From the NCBI GenBank assembly GCA_051294375.1, contig CM119270.1, positions 12,558,497 to 12,622,496 of the forward strand: 64,000 bases of DNA. The letters are read 5' to 3'. Within the stretch, counting starts at the first letter, position 1; every line of letters begins with the position of its first letter. The notes under the pieces are model-generated. The model was not told where the DNA came from. It did no database searches and was given only the letters and a program-made list of their open reading frames with translations. This document shows, piece after piece, positions 57,653 through 64,000 of the stretch. The position numbers and the translations under genes were made by a program. The stretch comes from Paraspadella gotoi. Its lineage: Eukaryota; Animalia; Chaetognatha.

Positions 57653-59363
57653 AGCGAATCCGCTGAAAGAACTTAAAATCTAAAAATAACTCTTGACTAA
57701 CTATCAACCACGCACTATAATCAATTGACTCCGATTTATCTTCATTGGTTTTACTCGTTTCTTCAGGAGAATGGGGGAATTTAAAACACTCCAATTTTTT
57801 ATTGTATCAAAAAAATTCTTAATTCAAAAATAAAAATTAATGTTGAATCAATATCATTGTTTTGAAATTTTTACACAAGTATTATTTGTGAATGCACCAA
57901 ATTAAAAATATTTTATTTTCACTCAAAAGATTTAAATTTTTACTTAATAGTTAGCAGATACCAAAACGTAGTAAGGCGGGCCAGAATTTAACAGCTTTTC
58001 CAATTTAATACTTTCTACGATACAATTATTTCGTCCTCCTACTAGTACTGAATTGATTTATAATATTAAATTTTAAAATAATTCATTATATTTGAGTGAT
58101 TCGTTCCCGAATTCTTCCAGGCTCCGGACTCGGATGGAATATGATCCTCAATTAAGGCCACAAGAACTATATCATTATAAACTATTTTATATTAGAAGAT
58201 TAAATTAAACTAAATCAAAACAGGAAGGATCGAGATTCGATCCTGGAACCTTCTCCACCATGAGTGAATGATTTGTAACAATCACCATTATGATTTATAA
58301 CATGTAGATATTCCAATTTATTATTGTCATTGTTATAGCCTGTTAAATAACTATTCTAAAACAAGTGAACAAAGGAAACACTTATAGATCAGTAGCTCTA
58401 ACTAGTGATAACAATTCTACTTTGTTAAGTGAAACTTTTCACTATGTTTACTCAATCATCAAAGAAACTTATTGTCATGGAGTCACTGCTTAACAAAAGA
58501 TTATTATTAATGCTTGTTATTGTAATATTAGTATTTGCTTGCTATTGCTTGTGTTTTGCCTTTTATATGCATATAGAATATCTATATGCTTTGATTATTT
58601 TATTAAGGTATTGTTTTTAATAAAGAACAAAACAAGCTTTGTTCAAGACTTTTATTAAGCTTTAAAGCAAGCTAGAAACTCGCAACAAAGACGCCGATCC
58701 GACGACGCCGTCCTACAACGCCTCTGTCTCTGATCAAGTGGCGTCTATGTGCGTGGTGAACTATTTCCGTCTCGACGCCAATTCCGAGAATCGACCCGTT
58801 CACCACATATTTACACATTGAAGTATTTTGATATTTGATGTTTCAAAACTGATACAAAACGGCAGTGATGTCCATTGGGATGGGGCATCTCACTGTTAGC
58901 TTTGGGGATTCCGACCCTCAGTAGCGCTTCCAGTCACTGGCGCGGTTTCCCTAGGACGGTCTCGCTCTGCCAACCCGGAGGGAAGTCGTTAGGACTGTGG
59001 ATTGAACACAACGATGGGTATGGTGCGTTCCTCCTCTGAGCCAATGGATTGATTGAACGATGGAGGACGTGAGGCGGTGTGAATATACCGCCACAACAGA
59101 CCAAAAAGTTAGAGATTGGTCACTACTACAAGTTTTGACGATAAATGGGTAAAAAATTAAGATTCCCCTCTCACCAACTTAACATTGCTCTGACAAATCT
59201 AATTTGTATCTGAAATGTGCACTTAACAATAAAGTAATTGCTCTTTGAAAATGTCACCGCGTTGAGCGCCGAGATAATCGGCTTATTTCTATCTGTTTTT
59301 CCTCTTCCTATCTCCGATCTCCTTTTGTTTTCAGCTTATTTTCTCTTCTTTTTCTTCTCTATT

Positions 59364-59459
<96 letters not shown>

Positions 59460-59727
59460 TCTCTCTCTCCTTCCTCTCCTCTCCTTCTCCTATCGCTAAG
59501 GATTTTCTTTAAAATCTCAGGCGTCCAAAATCTTCCATTAGGGAATTTAGACAGAGTTTCCATTTGTAAAATTAGCATCCGTTTCCAATTCTAAGCTTAA
59601 TATTCAGGAAAGAATTTTTAGTAACAACGCAACTCAGTAGGTTTTACGAAACGGCGAGAGGAAATTACGCGACTGCGTGTAGAATCGACAAAGTCGGTTC
59701 TTGGCCACTGGCACCAGCGACTCTATC

Positions 59728-60632
59728 ATGTTCCGTTGGTTCTTTTGGCGCCGGCCGCGCCCGCGGACCGGAATTGACGAAGCGCTGGAGAAAACTAATC
59801 TGCCGAGAAAATCCACGGAATGGTAAAAATCGTGGTTGTTGTTTTTGTTGTTGTTGTCATTGTCGTTGTTGTTTTATCTTCGGACAATCTCCTTCTTCAA
59901 CATCCTCCCCAAAGGTTCGAGGATAAAGCGAGCATCGCTGGCAACGGCCCTATTCGCTCCAGCGACGTCAACAAATCGAACAACGCCAAAAAATCCGACA
60001 ACGCCAACAAATCGAACAACGCCAAAAAATCCGACAACGCCATCAAAGCCACCAAAACCAAATCCGGTCTCTTCTCCAGCTGCTGGGGAAACTCCAGCGT
60101 GAAAAAAGAAGAGTATGAGGATGAGAAAGAGGAAGAAGATCAGCTTGATCGAAAGGGCAAGCAGGTCGGATGAGTAATTAAAGCTTGTTCGAAAGGGCAA
60201 GCAGGTCGGATGAGTAATTAAAGCTTGTTCGAAAGGGCAAGCAGGTCGGATGAGTAATTAAAGCTTGTTGCTTCATTTTCTGTTTCGTGCGTTTTGGGGA
60301 CGAAAGGTCCCAAGAGGGCCTGAAACGACCAGATTGTTTCGAGCCCTGGTAGACGCTTTCTAATACCATGTCACTGAATTCTATTTGATGTATTCTTCTT
60401 ATATCAGAGTCGATCGAACGAGGGCGTCATAAACCAAAAACGCCCACCGATCGGCGTAGTCGAAATCGAAGCTTCGACGGCGTCATCTTCTCCGGCGCTC
60501 AACGCCGCCTGGAGTTATCCGTGGGAAGTGTGGCGCCACAACGCCGGCGAGGAAGAGGTTGGAGTGTACGAAGAAACGCGAGGCGACGGCGTTGGCGTCG
60601 GAGAGGGCGGCTGCGGCGGCGTAAAAATTTGA
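59728..60632 (+). CDS. Orphan 3-exon gene, 189 aa, hydrophilic and low complexity
   Basis: Exons 59728-59822, 59915-60164 and 60408-60632 join in phase with no stops (570 nt): MFRWFFWRRPRPRTGIDEALEKTNLPRKSTEWFEDKASIAGNG..(NKSNNAKKSDNA)x2..GLFSSCWG..RKGKQSRSNEG..AAWSYPWEVWRHNAGEEEVG..GGVKI*. GC-rich codons like the neighbouring genes; the second donor (GTCGGA) is weak. Confidence 0.6.
60148..60269 (+). repeat. 40-bp tandem repeat x3 spanning a predicted splice donor
   Basis: gaaagggcaagcaggtcggatgagtaattaaagcttgtt at 60151, 60191 and 60231. Confidence 0.95.
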
Positions 60633-61123
60633 AACAAATGAGAATCGAAGAGTCGATGATGACGCAGCGACTGTCGCCACAAATTAAAACAAATTTTACA
60701 AAACTGATGAAGTCTGTAAAGGGGTAACGTTTTTTTTTTTTTGGTTTTTTTTTTTACAGATCATTGCATCTTTTTTGAGTGAAGAATTCCAGAAATTTTT
60801 TTTTTCAACTTTCCTAATTCGAATTGGTTTTTTGTATATTTCACGCATAAAAAAATCCACGTAGAAATATTCACAAAAATGATTTTATTTAGGAATTTTA
60901 AAAAAAATCAATGAGTCTTGAGAAAAACTTCATTCCTAATTCGCGTCCTTTCACGTTTCAAAACAATAAATACAGTAGACGTTTATTTTTGTCGTTCAAA
61001 AGTCTTGAGATGAAATAAACGATCTCGCAACCCCTTACTGGCCTTCTCTAAAACATTCACATTTTCCCCCCGCCTTACTCTTTCTTCATTCCACCCTAGT
61101 TCACTCCCCCCTTCCTCCTTCCT

Positions 61124-63847
61124 TCATGTCCCCGCCTTCAGCATGGCCAGTTCTTTCTCGTGCTCTTCTTGCCGCATCTTTCTGCTCTTTCTTGCTGCAA
61201 GCTTGGCCTGCAGTCCGTGCTCCATTCTAGCCTTGTTCAAGTCTTGCGCCTTTTGGAATTGAGAAACTTGTTCTTGATGCTCTCGTTTGAGGGCGTCGAT
61301 GTTGCCTGGAGTGGAAGATGGGAGTTAATGTTGTTGTTGGGGAGGAAAAGAGGTATAGGACAATTGGGCGAGCCGTGAGAGTAAAACAATTCTTTAGAAA
61401 AAAGGGAAGAGTAAGTGAATAACACAAAAGAAGAGAAGGGAAGAGAAGAGAAGAGAAGAGAAGAGAAGAGAAGAGAAGAGAAGAGAAGAGAAGAGAAGAG
61501 AAGAGAGTTGAAGAGAAGAGAGGAAAAGGAAAAAGAATAAAAAAGTGAAGAGAGAAGTATAAAAGTAACTAAAGGAAAAGAAAAGAAAAGAAAGGAAAAG
61601 AAAGGAAAAGAAAAGAAAAGAAAAGAAAAGAAAAGAAAAGAAAGGAAAAAGAAAGGGAAAAGAAAAGAAAAGAAAAGAAAAGAAAAGAAAGAAAAGAAAA
61701 GAAAAGAAAAGAAAGAAAGAAAGAAAAGACAAGACAACAAGACAAGACAAGACAAGACAAGACAAGACAAGACAAGACAAGACAAGACAAGACAAGACAA
61801 GACAAGACAAGAAAAGAAAAGACAAGACAAAGGAAAAAAAAAAGGCGCCAAATCATTATCAACTACCACTTCTCTCTCACCAAAAAGATCCTCTTGCGTG
61901 GGCGGCGGCGCTAAATCCACCAACAGTTTGGGCGCCGGCGCCGGCGTCGGCTTTGTTTCCTCCTTCGTCTCTTCCTTGGCTGCGGAATCGTCGGCGGCGG
62001 CGGATTCCCGCGCCGCTTCGGTTTCCGCTTCCGCTGCAGCCGCCGCTGCAGACGCTGCCGCTTCGGCGGCGGCGATGGCTTCAGCGTCGTCAACTTTGGG
62101 CGGCGGCGCAGTTTTGGGTCGTGAAGGAGCCTCGTCCGGTTCGGGAGGAGGAGCTTAAAAATGTATAGTATACATTAACATTTTATATTGTCGCTTTAAA
62201 CCAAAAACCTTCTGTCAGACCCTTTTACACACCCAATACCCACCACATCCAAATCGTCCTGTCCCACTCGTCCACACCATCCACAATCCTCTCCCATGTC
62301 ACGTCATGTTTAGTTCACCTTCTCTCATGCTTTCTCCATCATTTCACATTTCATTGTGTATCCTCTCTCAAGCCATCCACCATTATTTCGAAATGCCTCA
62401 CCCTACGTCATGTTCACCCTTTGTCAAACCTTGCTCCATCCTCTTCCACGCCTTCCCCTCCGTCATGTCAAACCCTTAAATGCCATTCAACATCGTTCTC
62501 CCATGCCTTACCCTCCTCCATGAACGCCAACTCCCCGGCGATGGAGTTGGCGTCGTCCGTCCCGATCGCCATGATCGAGGCCTCCACTCGCTCGATCTCA
62601 GCGACCTCCGTCGACGCGTCAGCCATCGTGATCATCGCCGCTAAGGGGGGAGGGGAATCTTCATCATCATCATCATCATCATCAGCTTCAACAGAATCAT
62701 AAATTATTATCGCTGATGCCCCATAGAGCTTACATTTTTTTCGGCAAATGCTTGTATCTTATTCTCATCGCATCTCCACTCATTCCGCACTCACCAGTTT
62801 CTTGGATGTCGATGTCCACTTTTTCTTGAGTCTCCGCCTCGACTTTGTTCTTCATCAGCGTCAGCCTCTCGGTGCGCAATTCCGTCTCCTTCAGCTTGCA
62901 CGCCTCCACCACGTTCTTGAAATCCTCCGAGATGCGGACGCTGAGGACCTGAGATCATTGGGGGGGGGCGGCGGTTGGGGGGGGGAAAAGAGAACTCATG
63001 GATGAAAATAAAAAAGATTCGGTTCTTGTTTGTTCTACTATGCTAGATTATATTTTATAACTATGAAATGTTATATTTATGTAAATATTGTATATTAGAA
63101 TTGAGAGAGGGATGTTCATGCTGTCTTCTGGCAAACAAAAGGGAGCGTCTATAAAACCCAACGTATGTAACGTTGTAACATTGTCATGACTACCAAACCA
63201 ACAACTTTCTCACTCACGTGTTTTATCCAACTGAGAAGTCCTTCCGCTCGTTGATAGGAGGTGTAATAGAGTTTGTAAGCCATCGTGTATCGGTGCTGAA
63301 AGGTTTTTAAAAAGACGATCAACGGATTATTTGAATTCATGGCCTTTAAAGGAAACTCATTTCTATTTGTATTCATGGCTTTTAAAGGTAACCTATTTCT
63401 ATTTATATTCATGGCCTTTTAAGGTAACTCATTTCTATTTGTATTCATAGCTTTTAAAGGTAACCTATTTCTATTTATATTCATGGCCTTTTAAGGTAAC
63501 TCATTTTTATTTGTATTCATAGCCTTTAAAGGTAACTTATTTTTATTTGTATTCATGGCCTTTAAAGGTAACTCATTTCTATTTGTATTCATGGCCTTTA
63601 AAGGTAACTTATTTCTATTTGTATTCATGGCCTTTAAAGGTAACTTATTTCTATTCGTATTCATGGCCTTTAAAGGTAACTTATTTCTATTCGTATTCAT
63701 GGCCTTTAAAGGTAACTCATTTCTATTTCTATTCATACCTGGGTAACCATATCCGTGTAGATGTAGTCTATCGCCAGAGCAAGAGTTTCGACCTGGTGGA
63801 ATTGTTACTCTGGATGAAATCTTGAAAGGAGTTTTGACTCTCTTTTA

Positions 63848-63935
<88 letters not shown>

Positions 63936-64000
63936 TCACCTCCGGCGGTTTAAGGTAAGGGAAATCGATGGTGTGCAAGAGTGACTGGGTGTTTTTGAGT
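61124..64000 (-). CDS. 3' part of an uncharacterised helical/coiled-coil protein gene (7 exons; starts beyond the window)
   Basis: Exons >64000-63940, 63792-63739, 63295-63218, 62948-62795, 62640-62512, 62153-61881 and 61305-61124, all GT-AG with matching phases: ..IDFPYLKPPEVETLALAIDYIYTDMVTQHRYTMAYKLYYTSYQRAEGLLSWIKHVLSVRISEDFKNVVEACKLKETELRTERLTLMKNKV..Pro/Ala-rich linker..GNIDALKREHQEQVSQFQKAQDLNKARMEHGLQAKLAARKSRKMRQEEHEKELAMLKAGT*. Confidence 0.88.
61425..61835. repeat. Compound pentanucleotide microsatellite (AAGAG)n-(AAAAG)n-(AAGAC)n in an intron
   Basis: Directly visible. Confidence 0.95.
63336..63736. repeat. 36-bp intronic minisatellite, about 11 copies
   Basis: Unit ttcatggcctttaaaggtaacttatttctatttgta, head-to-tail with no spacers. 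Confidence 0.95.

Noticed and set aside
58680-59100. GC-richer island with a small hairpin (ggcggtgtgaatataccgcc)
   Set aside because: No consistent ORF, splice pattern or recognisable RNA or TE motif.
60148-60269. Hammerhead-like CGGATGAG..CGAAA in the 40-bp repeat
   Set aside because: The core is CGGAUGA rather than CUGAUGA, and stems II and III do not pair convincingly.
63336-63736. CRISPR-like 36-bp repeat with an internal palindrome
   Set aside because: Head-to-tail units with no unique spacers, no cas genes, and located in a eukaryotic intron.

Overview
Eukaryotic (invertebrate animal) genomic DNA from an error-rich, gap-filled long-read assembly: six N-gaps, abundant (AG/CT)n tracts, and many 1-nt indels between repeated copies. 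Most ORF-track entries are microsatellite noise; the real genes are spliced. Reading splice sites by hand recovers four genes. (1) An intron-rich OATP/SLCO transporter on the minus strand, scattered over ~4-51 kb. Its 5' part is present twice in a ~11-12 kb direct duplication (~27.2-39.3 kb and ~44.0-55.3 kb, separated by a degenerate Ty3/Gypsy element), and its 3' exons are present twice in a ~6-6.7 kb inverted duplication (700-7420 vs 14499-20458). (2) A complete 4-exon, 136-aa Ly6/uPAR (three-finger, quiver-like) GPI-anchored protein gene, head-to-head with SLCO. (3) A 3-exon, 189-aa orphan gene. (4) The 3' seven exons of an uncharacterised coiled-coil protein gene at the right edge. Mobile or repeat content includes a ~3.3 kb frameshifted island whose first gene resembles a Polinton/adintovirus minor capsid (penton), two Penelope-like hammerhead-remnant hairpins, a Helentron-associated HINE, a foldback pair with telomere-like repeats, and several minisatellites. 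The large duplications are probably at least partly assembly or haplotype artefacts. All family assignments come from motif recognition, not database searches.
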